Source of the DNA: Candidatus Omnitrophota bacterium
GTDB lineage: Bacteria; Omnitrophota; Gorgyraeia; Zapsychrales; JAHFFX01
DNA length: 64,000 nt
Direction: 5' to 3'
NCBI GenBank assembly: GCA_023247705.1
Contig: JAHFFY010000002.1
Span: forward strand, 38,251 to 102,250
The notes under the pieces were generated by a model that saw only the letters and a list, made by a program, of their open reading frames with translations, had not been told where the DNA came from and did not search any database. Positions 1 through 10,023 of this stretch are shown piece after piece; the stretch's first letter is position 1, and the number at the start of each line of letters is the position of its first letter. The position numbers and the translations under genes are program-made.

Positions 1-480
1 CTGGATAAATTCGCAAAGAACGCTCCGGATATTGATGTTTACGGCGCTAATTTATACCGGGGCGATTATGGTTTTGGATCTTTTTGGGAACAAGTCGCCG
101 GTGCGACGGGCAAGCCGGCCTTTGTCACTGAATTTGGCTGTCCGTCCTATGCGCTTCATTTAACACTGGATGAAGGGGAAACGGCGCAGGCCGATTACCA
201 TCGCGGAAATTGGACTGATATTCAGGAAAATAGCGCGGGTTATAGTGAAGGGAGCGGGAATGCTCTCGGAGGTGTTATTTTCGAGTGGATGGATGAGTGG
301 TGGAAAAATTATGAGCCATTTTTTCATGATCGCAAGTCCGACGCGATTGGGCCTTTTCCGGGAGGATATTATTATGAAGAATGGTTCGGACTTTCTGGTC
401 AAGGGAATGGGAAGAAAAGTCCATTTCTGCGCCATTTACGAAAAAGTTATTATGCCTATCAGGAAATGTTGAAGGATTAG
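1..480 (+). CDS. Glycoside hydrolase, C-terminal fragment (gene runs off the 5' edge). Clan GH-A-like, with 'VTEFG' nucleophile-type and 'FEWMDEWWK' motifs.
   Basis: Frame +1 is open from nt 1 to the stop at 478-480. The TEFG motif is typical of the (beta/alpha)8 retaining-GH nucleophile strand. Confidence 0.45.
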   Translation: MDKFAKNAPDIDVYGANLYRGDYGFGSFWEQVAGATGKPAFVTEFGCPSYALHLTLDEGETAQADYHRGNWTDIQENSAGYSEGSGNALGGVIFEWMDEWWKNYEPFFHDRKSDAIGPFPGGYYYEEWFGLSGQGNGKKSPFLRHLRKSYYAYQEMLKD

Positions 481-788
481 TTAAAAGAGGGGAGGTGTAC
501 GCTTTAGAATTTGCTTATAAAAAATAACCCGGATTCTGCGAACGCAAATCCACTTGAAAGACAAAATGATTATTCGTCTGATGTGAATAGTCAAATTTAA
601 TACGGGAAAGGTGAGCATTCCCGCGGGGGATCTCCCATAAAATCTTTTGATTATATGGGGGGCTTAAAATTTTAAATGTGTTCATGGTCTTATCGCAAAC
701 ACAATGTGATTTTAAGCGAATCAAAGTTGCAAGCGTTATTAACATTAATGACAAGGAACACCTTGGGAATCAACAGGAGGAAACAAAA

Positions 789-1646
789 ATGAAAAAAGTT
801 TTATTCATCTTTGCATTACTAACGGCCTGCATTATCAGTAACCAGCCACAGTTGGTTTATGCATACAATTTTGGTGATTATCGGTCCGTGACATTAACGA
901 CAAAAGCCTGGGAGGCTTTAACCAATAATGATATCGAAGCTGTTTTGGCTTATACCAATAAATGCATTGAACTGTATGGTGAACAAGCCAAGAAAATGCA
1001 AAGCAGTTTGACGGATTATGCGACCGGAGATAATAAAGTTATTTTTAGTTATTGGGCTTTAAACGATGTCGCGACTTGTTTGTTCATTCAGGGAGAGGCC
1101 TATCGCAAGGCGAAGATGATGGATGAGGCCAAAGAGGTCTTTCAGAAATTGATTGACGAATACACCTATGGCCAATGTTGGGACCCGAAAGGTTGGTTCT
1201 GGAAACCTGCGGAAGCCGCTCAAGAAAAATTGGCGATGATTGAATCTGGTTCAGATGTGGATTTCGGCGATTATACCTCGATGACTCTCACGGTCAAGGC
1301 ATGGGATGCGCTCGCTAAAGATGATTTAGAGGGCGTTAAAACGTATACAAATAAATGCATTGATCTTTATGGCAAAAAAGCCAAAGAGATGCAAGATTCC
1401 ATGACGGAGTATGCTTGGGAATCAAAAGATAAAATTTTTTCTTACTGGGCATTGAATGACGTTGGAACTTGCTATTTCATTCTCGGTGAATCTTATCGCA
1501 AAGCGGGTAAAACCGATGAAGCCAAAGAAGCTTATAAGAAAGTCATTGATGATTATTTCTATGCTCAATGCTGGGATCCGCAAGGATGGTTCTGGAAACC
1601 TTCTGAAGGCGCCCAACAAAAGTTAGATGAGATCAACGGATCATAA
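789..1646 (+). CDS. Lipoprotein with two tandem ~140-aa TPR-like repeats (internal duplication).
   Basis: An AGGAGG RBS lies 8 nt upstream of the ATG at 789. The N-terminus is signal peptide plus an LTAC lipobox. Two near-identical halves follow: NFGDYRSVTLTTKAWEAL... and DFGDYTSMTLTVKAWDAL.... Confidence 0.6.
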   Translation: MKKVLFIFALLTACIISNQPQLVYAYNFGDYRSVTLTTKAWEALTNNDIEAVLAYTNKCIELYGEQAKKMQSSLTDYATGDNKVIFSYWALNDVATCLFIQGEAYRKAKMMDEAKEVFQKLIDEYTYGQCWDPKGWFWKPAEAAQEKLAMIESGSDVDFGDYTSMTLTVKAWDALAKDDLEGVKTYTNKCIDLYGKKAKEMQDSMTEYAWESKDKIFSYWALNDVGTCYFILGESYRKAGKTDEAKEAYKKVIDDYFYAQCWDPQGWFWKPSEGAQQKLDEINGS

Positions 1647-1849
1647 TGGTTGATTGGAAGTTGTTTTTGATTTGATCTTTGAATGAGTTTTTAGGAACCC
1701 AATATTTCGATTAAATCTCTTTGAGATTCAGTCATTTGGCCCTTCGGGCTACCGTTGCTTCCAGCATTTCCGAATAGGCTCGGTAAGGGAAGCAGCGGTG
1801 GCATACCATTGCTGTTCTTGGATTAATTTTTCGAGAAAGGTTATCTAAA

Positions 1850-2509
1850 ATGAGATATCGGTTAGGATTATTAATGGTTGTTCTGTGTTTCTTGTTTTTG
1901 GGATGCGGCAAGACTGCTTCTAGTGAAAAAATGAATTCTGGAGAAAACAGAAATTCTGGTCAGGCTTCTGCGGATGACGGGTCTGGACCGTTTCAGCCTT
2001 TCTTGATTTATGCTGATAAAGGGACGAGAAACAATCATTATGTCCCATCGGGTTTTATGCCTGATGGGAAATGCATTTTATTTGATGATACCTGGAAAGA
2101 AAATTGTCACAGCGGGAGTTCTTGCATCAAAATAGAATATGATGTCGCTTGTTCAAAACAGGGGCAAAAATGGGCGGGGATCTATTGGTTAAATCCTCCG
2201 AATAATTGGGGAACTCAAAAAGGCGGCTTTAATCTAACCGGCGCCCAGAAATTAACTTTTTGGGCTAAAGGAGAAAAAGGTTCCGAACGAATCGAAGAAT
2301 TCAAGATCGGAGGGATCACCGGGCAGTATCCTGACTCAGATACAGCGGTGATAGGGCCGGTGATTTTATCTCCTGAATGGAAAGAATATACGATCGATTT
2401 GAGAGGGAAAGATCTTACTTATATCAGTGGAGGATTTACCTGGGCGACAAACGTTGATGTTAATCCGGTCAACTGCGTTTTTTATCTTGATGATATTAAA
2501 TATGAATAA
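1850..2509 (+). CDS. Lipoprotein with a C-terminal CBM4/9-like carbohydrate-binding domain.
   Basis: Signal peptide with an FLGC lipobox. The C-terminal beta-rich domain ends ...VFYLDDIKYE. It is a paralogue of the C-terminal domain of the ORF at 20905-21714. Confidence 0.5.
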   Translation: MRYRLGLLMVVLCFLFLGCGKTASSEKMNSGENRNSGQASADDGSGPFQPFLIYADKGTRNNHYVPSGFMPDGKCILFDDTWKENCHSGSSCIKIEYDVACSKQGQKWAGIYWLNPPNNWGTQKGGFNLTGAQKLTFWAKGEKGSERIEEFKIGGITGQYPDSDTAVIGPVILSPEWKEYTIDLRGKDLTYISGGFTWATNVDVNPVNCVFYLDDIKYE

Positions 2510-2729
2510 TATTTCTAAATAATATTTCTTTTGTCGACGGGTAACTCAAAATTTCAATCAGGACAGTCCTTTGGGCCTGTCCTGTGTTTTTATGAGTATC
2601 TTTGCAGTCATTGGGAATTTATATTCGTATCTTGATTAAAAATTATGATAAAAAAATCTAAAATCCCTTGTATTCATGTTAATCCTTTGATATCATGCCT
2701 TTCAGCTTGAGGTAAGAAAAGGAGACAAG

Positions 2730-4145
2730 ATGTCCAAAGTCGCGAAATTAATCATTTTGATTTTATTCCTTCTTCTTGGAGCTAGTATTTTTGTTATTTT
2801 CTCTACGTTGTCCCAAAAACAATCGTTGGAAAAAGCCAAAAAAGATCTGGAAGACCAAGTCTTGAAAGGTGAAACTTTAGCTAAGAACCTGACAGGAGAA
2901 AAGGTATCTTTAGAGAAAGCCAAAACGGATTTGGAAGATCAGCTTAATGAAATTCAGGCGACGAAAAGCAAATTAGAAAAAGACGTTGAGAAACTCAATT
3001 CTCAGGTCAAAAGTTTTGATGTTCAGATTAAAGATTTAATGAGAGAGAAAGATGAGTGGAAGGGCCGCGTTGATTCCATTAAAAAAGAACGCGACGATTT
3101 GATGACCCGCATCCAAGATAAAGAGAAAGAATTAGCAAAGAAAAATTTAGAAATCTCAACGTTAAATCAAACCATCAGCCAACAGACAGCTCAACAACCC
3201 GCGCAAACTGGGGCATACGTTCCCGTTCCTTCTGCGGCGACTTCCGCGGCAGCGCAGACAAGTCCTTCCGGAAATCAATCGAATAATGAATCAGAGTCTT
3301 ATCTCGCGCAGGTTTTAAAAGAAAAGGCCAATCTTGAGGTACAAATAAGCGACCTGAAGAATAAATTAAATAGTAGCAGTTTAAATGTTGTCGAACTGAA
3401 AAATAAACTTGATAATGTAGAGGTGGAACTGAATGGTCTTAAGAGCGAAAAAATCGATATCGAAAATAAAGTAAAATATAACGAAGATTTAGCCAATACG
3501 CTTTCGATTGATTTAGCTCGCTCCAAGAACGATAAAAAAGGCGTCAGTGATCGGGTCGAACAGCTGCGCCTTGATAACACGGATCTCCGAGGGCAGATTA
3601 AAAATTTGACCAATACGAAAATGGCGTTGGAAAAAAGCGTTGTCCAGCTTACTGATCAAAAGAATAATATAGAAAAGAAATTAGCGGAAACGGAAAGCGT
3701 CATTCAAGGCCGCATTAATGAAATTTTGGAAATGAAAGACAGTCTAGATAAACCCGCTTTTAAAGAAAAGCTGGATGAGCTTTCCCAGCTTCAAAGCAGC
3801 ATTGCCACTAAATATAAATCGTCGGAAGATACGAAGGAAATTGAATTGCCCCCGATTGTTGTGAGCGCTGGGGGATCGTACGCCGGCAAAATGCCGCAGG
3901 CCGTTGAAGAAAATGGCGGCGCTTCGGGATTAAATGGGCGCATCGTGAGTATCAATGAGGAAAACAATTTTGCGATTGTTGATCTGGGAGAAGATAGCGG
4001 CGTCCAGATAGGCGACACGTTAAATGTTTATCGTGATACCGAAGTCATCGCGACTTTAAGCATCATCCAAGTCAGAAAAGATGTGTCGGCAGCTGATATC
4101 ATCAAACTATCGGCAAAATTAAAAGTTGGCGATACTGTTCAGTAA
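2730..4145 (+). CDS. Membrane-anchored coiled-coil protein.
   Basis: One N-terminal TM helix. A long heptad-rich region has reiterated 'LEKAK.DLEDQ' units. The C-terminal ~60 aa form a small globular domain. Confidence 0.55.
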   Translation: MSKVAKLIILILFLLLGASIFVIFSTLSQKQSLEKAKKDLEDQVLKGETLAKNLTGEKVSLEKAKTDLEDQLNEIQATKSKLEKDVEKLNSQVKSFDVQIKDLMREKDEWKGRVDSIKKERDDLMTRIQDKEKELAKKNLEISTLNQTISQQTAQQPAQTGAYVPVPSAATSAAAQTSPSGNQSNNESESYLAQVLKEKANLEVQISDLKNKLNSSSLNVVELKNKLDNVEVELNGLKSEKIDIENKVKYNEDLANTLSIDLARSKNDKKGVSDRVEQLRLDNTDLRGQIKNLTNTKMALEKSVVQLTDQKNNIEKKLAETESVIQGRINEILEMKDSLDKPAFKEKLDELSQLQSSIATKYKSSEDTKEIELPPIVVSAGGSYAGKMPQAVEENGGASGLNGRIVSINEENNFAIVDLGEDSGVQIGDTLNVYRDTEVIATLSIIQVRKDVSAADIIKLSAKLKVGDTVQ

Positions 4146-4180
4146 GTTGGAGGGTGTTTTAATCTGCTGCTTTAGAAAAA

Positions 4181-5179
4181 GTGAATAAGACAAAAATCAG
4201 TATACATGATGTAGCTCAACGCGCAGGTGTTTCTATAACGACCGTTTCCCGCGTTATCAATAACGTTCCCACCGTTAACAAAAAAAATCAAGCCAAAGTA
4301 GAAGAAGCTGTTGCATTTTTAAAGTATAAACCTAACGTGAGCGCTCAGCGCTTGGCCAAAGGTTTAAATAACGCCATGGGATTGGTTATGCCTGGTTATC
4401 CAGGGATATTCCATTCTTTTTATGCCGTGGAGCTTGTCCGCGGTGTTGGGCATGCGTGTGAAGCGTTAAGGCTGGATTTGCTTTTTCATATTACTAATGG
4501 CCAGAATCCGATCACCACCTCGAATGTGGGCGGTATTATTTTTGCTGATATCATCGAAAATCGGAAACAAGTGGAATCGACCTTGGAAGAAGGGATTCCT
4601 TGTATGGTGATCAATAATATTGTTGAAGATTTGGATATCAATTATGTGGCGATCGATAATAAGATGGGTGGTTTATTGGCGGTTGAATATTTGATTGGGT
4701 TAGGACATAAAAAAATCGCCACCGTGACCGGTAATGTGCATACGCAATCCGGGGCTCATCGTTTAGAAGGATATAAGAAAGCTTTACAGGAGAAGAATAT
4801 TTCTGTTCGTCTGGAATATATTGCGCAAGGTGATTATTCCCGTCGCAGCGCAAGAGTGGCGGTTGAAAAGATTTTAGCGCTCGAGGACCGCCCGACCGCC
4901 ATTTTTGCCGCGAGCGATGATATGGCTTTGGAAATCATAGCGTTTCTGTTGGAAAAACGGTTCAAGGTCCCTCAGGATATCTCGATTATCGGATTCGATG
5001 ATAATCCTTCCGCGATTTACGGGCCGGTCGCTTTGACGACCATTCAGCAGCCTTTGTTTCAGATGGCCGAAGAAGCGGTCAAATATTTGAACGCGATTGT
5101 TTCCGGAAAAAAGCGCGCTCCGGTCAAAGTTATTCTTCCAACCCAATTAGTGATCAGAGAATCCTGCGCCGCTCAATAA
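4181..5179 (+). CDS. LacI-family transcriptional regulator.
   Basis: GTG start. N-terminal HTH 'DVAQRAGVSITTVSRVINN'. Periplasmic-binding-protein-like C-terminal domain. Confidence 0.8.
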   Translation: MNKTKISIHDVAQRAGVSITTVSRVINNVPTVNKKNQAKVEEAVAFLKYKPNVSAQRLAKGLNNAMGLVMPGYPGIFHSFYAVELVRGVGHACEALRLDLLFHITNGQNPITTSNVGGIIFADIIENRKQVESTLEEGIPCMVINNIVEDLDINYVAIDNKMGGLLAVEYLIGLGHKKIATVTGNVHTQSGAHRLEGYKKALQEKNISVRLEYIAQGDYSRRSARVAVEKILALEDRPTAIFAASDDMALEIIAFLLEKRFKVPQDISIIGFDDNPSAIYGPVALTTIQQPLFQMAEEAVKYLNAIVSGKKRAPVKVILPTQLVIRESCAAQ

Positions 5180-5246
5180 TTTTTTTACGCCCTAACGGTA
5201 TCTTTAAGCAAAATCCTCCTCGACTCCGGTGATCCAAGAGAAGAGA

Positions 5247-5275
5247 TTGACAACGCAAGACTTTGGCTGTAATAT
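5247..5275 (+). promoter_or_regulatory. Sigma70-type promoter (TTGACA-17-TAATAT) for the small membrane-protein gene.
   Basis: TTGACA at 5247-5252, a 17-nt spacer, then TAATAT at 5270-5275. Confidence 0.45.
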
Positions 5276-5322
5276 TTAGTTCTTGTTATGGAGCTTTCCT
5301 TAAATAAATCAAAGGAGATCCA

Positions 5323-5493
5323 TTGGGTATTCTTATGACAATCATGATGTTTGCTCTCTGGATTTTTTCGATCATTGGGTTGCTGATCCTGATTTTTACA
5401 GGTTTTCAATATGCCGATTTGAATATTATCGTGGGGATCTTTATCGGCTTTACCTTATTAAACAGTTTTTTGGATGTTCACAAACGGAAATAA
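5323..5493 (+). CDS. Small hydrophobic membrane protein (52-56 aa), absent from the ORF track.
   Basis: RBS AAAGGAGA at 5311-5318. TTG at 5323 or ATG at 5335, stop TAA at 5491-5493. The product MTIMMFALWIFSIIGLLILIFTGFQYADLNIIVGIFIGFTLLNSFLDVHKRK predicts two TM helices. Confidence 0.4.
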   Translation: MGILMTIMMFALWIFSIIGLLILIFTGFQYADLNIIVGIFIGFTLLNSFLDVHKRK

Positions 5494-5522
5494 TGATCAA
5501 ATTTTAGATTAAGGTCGTTTTT

Positions 5523-7409
5523 ATGAAGGAAAATTATTTTGATTGCGTGGTGATTGGCGGAGGTCATGCGGGTGTTGAAGCCGCGTTAGCTTCCAGCCGG
5601 ATGGGTGCTAAGACGTTGATGGTGACGTTGTTCACTGACACGATTGGCCAGATGAGCTGCAATCCGGCGATCGGCGGGGTGGGCAAAGGCCAACTCGTCA
5701 AGGAAATCGATGCCCTGGGCGGTGAAATGGGAAAGGCCGCGGACGCAACCGGTATTCAGTTCCGGCAACTTAACGCCTCGAAAGGTCAGGCGGTCCGGTC
5801 TTCCCGCTGCCAATCGGACCGGCTGCGATATAAGTTATATATTCAAGCGACGGTCCGCGATCAAGCAAACCTGACCGTTCGACCGGATAAAGTCAGCGAA
5901 ATCCTTGTCGATCATCACCGCATTGTCGGCATTAAGACAGAATCCGGCGAACAGATCCATTGTAAGACAGTCGTCGTCACCACGGGAACATTTTTAAGAG
6001 GCCGAATCCATGTCGGAGAGTCGATCACTCCTGGCGGACGAGTGGGTGAACCGGCATCTTACCGGCTGGCGGATTGCCTGCAGAATTTGGGTTTTCCTCT
6101 TTTAAGCTTCAAGACCGGTACACCCCCGCGCCTCGATGGCCGGACGATTGATTTCACTCATCTCGAGCGGCAGGATTCGGATGAACGTCCCATTCCGTTT
6201 TCATTTCGGACCAAGAAGTTGCCGACGGATTTATTGCCTTGCTATATCACGCGCACCACCGAACAAACCCTCGCCATCATTAAAGATAATTTACATTTGT
6301 CCCCGATGTATTCGGGCCGGATCCAATCGACGGGTGTGCGCTATTGCCCTTCGATTGAAGACAAGATCGTCAAATTTAAAGACAAGCTGACCCATCAGGT
6401 ATTTTTGGAGCCTGAGGGTTTGGATACTTTCGAGTATTATCCTAACGGCATTTCAACGGGTTTGCCCGCTGAAGTTCAAGAAACGATGGTCCATTCGATC
6501 AAAGGACTGGAGCACGCGAAATTGATCCGTCCGGGATATTCCATTGAGCATGGCGTTGTTCCGGCCACGGAATTGACAGCGTATCTAGAAACAAAAAAAG
6601 TGAAAGGACTTTTTCTAGCCGGCCAGATCAATGGCACGACCGGCTACGAAGAAGCCGCGGCCCAGGGGATCATGGCGGGGATCAATGCGGTCTTGAGTGC
6701 CAGAAACGAAACACCTTTTGTCCTGAGACGGCATGAAGCTTACATCGGCGTTTTGATTGATGATCTGGTGACCAAGGGAACAGACGAGCCTTATCGCATG
6801 TTCACCTCGCGTGTCGAACATCGATTGATTGTTCGAGAGGACAACGCGGATAAAAGATTGGCCAAATACGGACATCAATTCGGATTAATCGCCCCGGAAG
6901 AGTTTGATCAGATCAACCAGAAATATGCGGCGATTGATCAAGAGATCGAACATCTCAAAACCACGCGTATCCCTCCGGGAACTTCGCTGGATGAAGAATT
7001 AGAAAAAATCAACAGCAGTCCGATCCGTCAGCCGGTCCTGCTCAGTGATCTCTTAAAAAGACCGGAAGTCCGATACCATACGATCGCTGCGTTCGATGGG
7101 CATTTGAAAAATTTTCCGCAGGAAGTGATTGACCAGGTTGAATACGAAATTAAATATGAAGGGTTTATCCAGCGGCAATATAAAATGGTCGATCGTTTCC
7201 GCCATATCGAGAACATCAAGATCCCCGCGAATTTCGATTATGAACAAGTCCACAGCCTTTCCAGGGAAATTAGAGAAAAACTAAAAAGATTTTCTCCTTC
7301 TTCCTTAGGCCAGGCCAACCGGATTTCTGGCGTAACCCCGGCGGCGATATCGATCTTGATGATTTATTTGCGTAAAAAAAGTCTAGAGAAGAAAGATCAG
7401 AAAATCTAA
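5523..7409 (+). CDS. mnmG: tRNA uridine-5-carboxymethylaminomethyl modification enzyme MnmG/GidA.
   Basis: FAD-binding N-terminus '[22 protein letters not shown]'. Full-length GidA family similarity throughout. Confidence 0.9.
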   Translation: MKENYFDCVVIGGGHAGVEAALASSRMGAKTLMVTLFTDTIGQMSCNPAIGGVGKGQLVKEIDALGGEMGKAADATGIQFRQLNASKGQAVRSSRCQSDRLRYKLYIQATVRDQANLTVRPDKVSEILVDHHRIVGIKTESGEQIHCKTVVVTTGTFLRGRIHVGESITPGGRVGEPASYRLADCLQNLGFPLLSFKTGTPPRLDGRTIDFTHLERQDSDERPIPFSFRTKKLPTDLLPCYITRTTEQTLAIIKDNLHLSPMYSGRIQSTGVRYCPSIEDKIVKFKDKLTHQVFLEPEGLDTFEYYPNGISTGLPAEVQETMVHSIKGLEHAKLIRPGYSIEHGVVPATELTAYLETKKVKGLFLAGQINGTTGYEEAAAQGIMAGINAVLSARNETPFVLRRHEAYIGVLIDDLVTKGTDEPYRMFTSRVEHRLIVREDNADKRLAKYGHQFGLIAPEEFDQINQKYAAIDQEIEHLKTTRIPPGTSLDEELEKINSSPIRQPVLLSDLLKRPEVRYHTIAAFDGHLKNFPQEVIDQVEYEIKYEGFIQRQYKMVDRFRHIENIKIPANFDYEQVHSLSREIREKLKRFSPSSLGQANRISGVTPAAISILMIYLRKKSLEKKDQKI

Positions 7410-7434
7410 ATCCATAATCAAGGAGGAATACAAG

Positions 7435-8424
7435 ATGAACCCAACAAGCGAAATGATGAAAGAAAAGGCAGAAAAAGGGAGGACGAGTTCCATGAAGATC
7501 GCAAAAGATGTGACAGAGTTGATTGGGCATACACCTTTAGTCAGATTAAACAAGGTGACGGAAGGATGCGGGGCGGAGGTTGTGGCTAAACTGGAATTTT
7601 ATAATCCCTTGGGTTCGGTCAAGGACCGCATCGGTTTCGCGATGATTGAAGCAGCGGAAAAAGCCGGCAAGATCAAGAAAGATACGGTGATCCTGGAACC
7701 GACGTCGGGAAATACCGGAATTGCCTTGGCGTTTGTCTGCGCGGTCAAAGGATATCAATTAACGTTAACGATGCCGGAGACGATGAGCTTGGAACGCCGT
7801 GCTTTATTGAAGGCCTTAGGTGCGAATCTTGTTCTGACTCCTGGTCCGGACGGGATGCGCGGCGCGATCGCGAAGGCCAATGAATTGGCGGCTTCAGATA
7901 AGAAATATTTCATTCCGCAGCAATTCGACAATCCGGCCAACCCGGAGATCCACCGCAACACCACCGCCGAAGAGATCTGGAACGATACCGACGGCAAAGT
8001 TGATATCTTGATTTCCGGAATCGGAACCGGCGGAACCATCACCGGTGTTTCGGAAGTCATCAAGAAAAGAAAACCGTCCTTCAAAGCGATCGCGATTGAA
8101 CCCAAAGGTTCACCGGTCCTTTCCGGCGGAAAACCCGGTCCGCATAAAATCCAGGGCATCGGAGCCGGTTTCACGCCGTCTATCTTAAATACAAAGATCA
8201 TTGATGAAATCATTCAAGTCGATAACGATGAGGCGTTTGCTTATGCCAAACGGGTGATTCGTGAAGAAGGATTGCTCGTCGGAATTTCTTCCGGCGCCGC
8301 CGTTTGTGCCGCGTTGCAGGTCGCCAAAAGACCGGAAAATAAAGGGAAGTTAATTGTAGTCATTATTCCCAGCACCGGTGAGCGTTATCTCAGCACGGAC
8401 TTGTTTGCGGAGTTTAGAAGTTAA
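7435..8424 (+). CDS. cysK: Cysteine synthase A (O-acetylserine sulfhydrylase).
   Basis: AGGAGG RBS. PLP-dependent fold with 'GSVKDR' lysine-site and 'TSGNTG' motifs. Confidence 0.85.
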   Translation: MNPTSEMMKEKAEKGRTSSMKIAKDVTELIGHTPLVRLNKVTEGCGAEVVAKLEFYNPLGSVKDRIGFAMIEAAEKAGKIKKDTVILEPTSGNTGIALAFVCAVKGYQLTLTMPETMSLERRALLKALGANLVLTPGPDGMRGAIAKANELAASDKKYFIPQQFDNPANPEIHRNTTAEEIWNDTDGKVDILISGIGTGGTITGVSEVIKKRKPSFKAIAIEPKGSPVLSGGKPGPHKIQGIGAGFTPSILNTKIIDEIIQVDNDEAFAYAKRVIREEGLLVGISSGAAVCAALQVAKRPENKGKLIVVIIPSTGERYLSTDLFAEFRS

Positions 8425-8503
8425 TTTAGATGTAGAAGAAACATAGAAGAGTAAACTCAGGGGACAGAGATTTATTTTCTGTCCCCTTTTTTAGGATAAA
8501 TTT

Positions 8504-9157
8504 ATGGAAAATATAAAGATTTTAAAGAACGAAAACAGTATTTCAATTATAGGATTCTCAGATGCAGCTAAAGTAATAAAAATTGATGGCCCAAAGGTAA
8601 AAAGATTAAATGATTTATTGCTTCACAGGATGGATCTTGAATTTTCCGAATATTGTTTGAATGCCATTAATAAAGTACATAAAGAAGAAAATCAATTAAG
8701 GCAATCGTTATGGAGATCTGCGATTGTTAATTATTTCAAATGTTTTGCTTCTAATAAGTCACGTTCTCAATTAAGTGAGATCAGAATATATAAAAGTGAT
8801 TCTATGGCATTAGAAATATTTACTTATTTTAAAAACCTAAGAAACAAATATTTTATTCATGATGAGAATTCTTATACTCAAAGCATTTCTGGGGCTATTC
8901 TAAATCAAGGGAATAAATCTTATAAGATTGAGAAGCTTATAACACTGGGAATACTTGGTGAAACACTAGAAGATGCTAATTTTAGTAATTTATCTCTTCT
9001 AATAAAGATAGCCCAAAGATGGGTTGATCATGAATATGATGTAATAGCCAAAGATATTACTCGTGAATTAGAGGCAATTCCATACGACGAACTTTTAAAA
9101 CGTGAAGAGGTCTCATTTAGAATTTCTGATATTTCAAAAGTTGATAAAGAGCGATAA
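8504..9157 (+). CDS. Hypothetical protein in an AT-rich islet; possible HEPN-like Abi-type protein.
   Basis: The 217-aa ORF has GC clearly below its flanks and is mostly helical. It contains 'RNKYFIH' (R-x5-H) and 'RWVDHE'. I recognise no homologue. Confidence 0.45.
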   Translation: MENIKILKNENSISIIGFSDAAKVIKIDGPKVKRLNDLLLHRMDLEFSEYCLNAINKVHKEENQLRQSLWRSAIVNYFKCFASNKSRSQLSEIRIYKSDSMALEIFTYFKNLRNKYFIHDENSYTQSISGAILNQGNKSYKIEKLITLGILGETLEDANFSNLSLLIKIAQRWVDHEYDVIAKDITRELEAIPYDELLKREEVSFRISDISKVDKER

Positions 9158-9186
9158 AAACATAAATTTTTAGGACGTTAGATTAT

Positions 9187-9768
9187 ATGTCTAATAGGCA
9201 ATTGCTTTCTCCTAATCTAAAGTTTTTCCTCCTTATTGTGTTGCTGTTTGTCTGTTGGCTTATCGGCCGCTATATCCCCTTTGACATCGAATTCTACAAA
9301 CAATTTCTAGCTCAGTATCCCCTGGCTTTGTCCGGACTGATTTTTGTCGTGGCCTATGTCATTATGACTTTCTTTGTTTGGTTTTCCAAAGACCTGTTTA
9401 GACTGGCCGCGGCGATTTTGTTCGGTGCTTATTGGAGTACCTTGTTTGTCTGGATCGCCGAGATGATCAATCTCGTTATTTTGTTTCATATAAGTCGGAA
9501 TTTAGGACGGGAATTCGTTGAACAGAAGTTTAAATTAAAACCGGTCGTAACAGCGGATGACGGACATTATTTCTGGCGGGTCTTTGCTTTGCGGATCGTG
9601 CCGATCATCGCATTCAAGTTTTTAGACCTGGGGTTCGGTTTGACCAAGATTTCTTTCCGGAAATATTTTATATCGCTGATCGCGTCTCCCTTAAGGATTT
9701 TCTGGGTGCAGTTTATTCTCGCCGGAGTGGGGGACGCGCTTTTTAAAGATCCGCTGGCGATGTTTTAG
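9187..9768 (+). CDS. TVP38/TMEM64 (DedA-related) family membrane protein.
   Basis: Multi-TM protein with the pattern typical of the family: '...RIVPIIAFKFLDLGFGLTKISFRKYF...'. Confidence 0.55.
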   Translation: MSNRQLLSPNLKFFLLIVLLFVCWLIGRYIPFDIEFYKQFLAQYPLALSGLIFVVAYVIMTFFVWFSKDLFRLAAAILFGAYWSTLFVWIAEMINLVILFHISRNLGREFVEQKFKLKPVVTADDGHYFWRVFALRIVPIIAFKFLDLGFGLTKISFRKYFISLIASPLRIFWVQFILAGVGDALFKDPLAMF

Positions 9769-10023
9769 AACTTATCCCAAAATTTCTCGTCAGGATTTTC
9801 GTGCGGGTGGCCCGGAGGCGGGTTCCCTGCCGCCCGCAGGTGATGAGGACGGCAGGGTGCCGCAGGGACAGAACCCGCAACAAATTCACAGAAGCAATTT
9901 TGGGACAAGTTCTAGTGCAGGATTATTTATTGAAGAATCAGATCGTCTATGCGTTCAGCCTGGGATATCTGGTGATTTCGATCGCGCTGGTTGTTTGGTA
10001 TAAGAAAACGAATCGAAGAAAGG

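Noticed and set aside
1647-1849. GCCCttcGGGC and GCTTCC/GGAAGC hairpins after the repeat lipoprotein, considered as a terminator.
   Set aside because: No following U-tract. Possibly structural, but not confidently a terminator.
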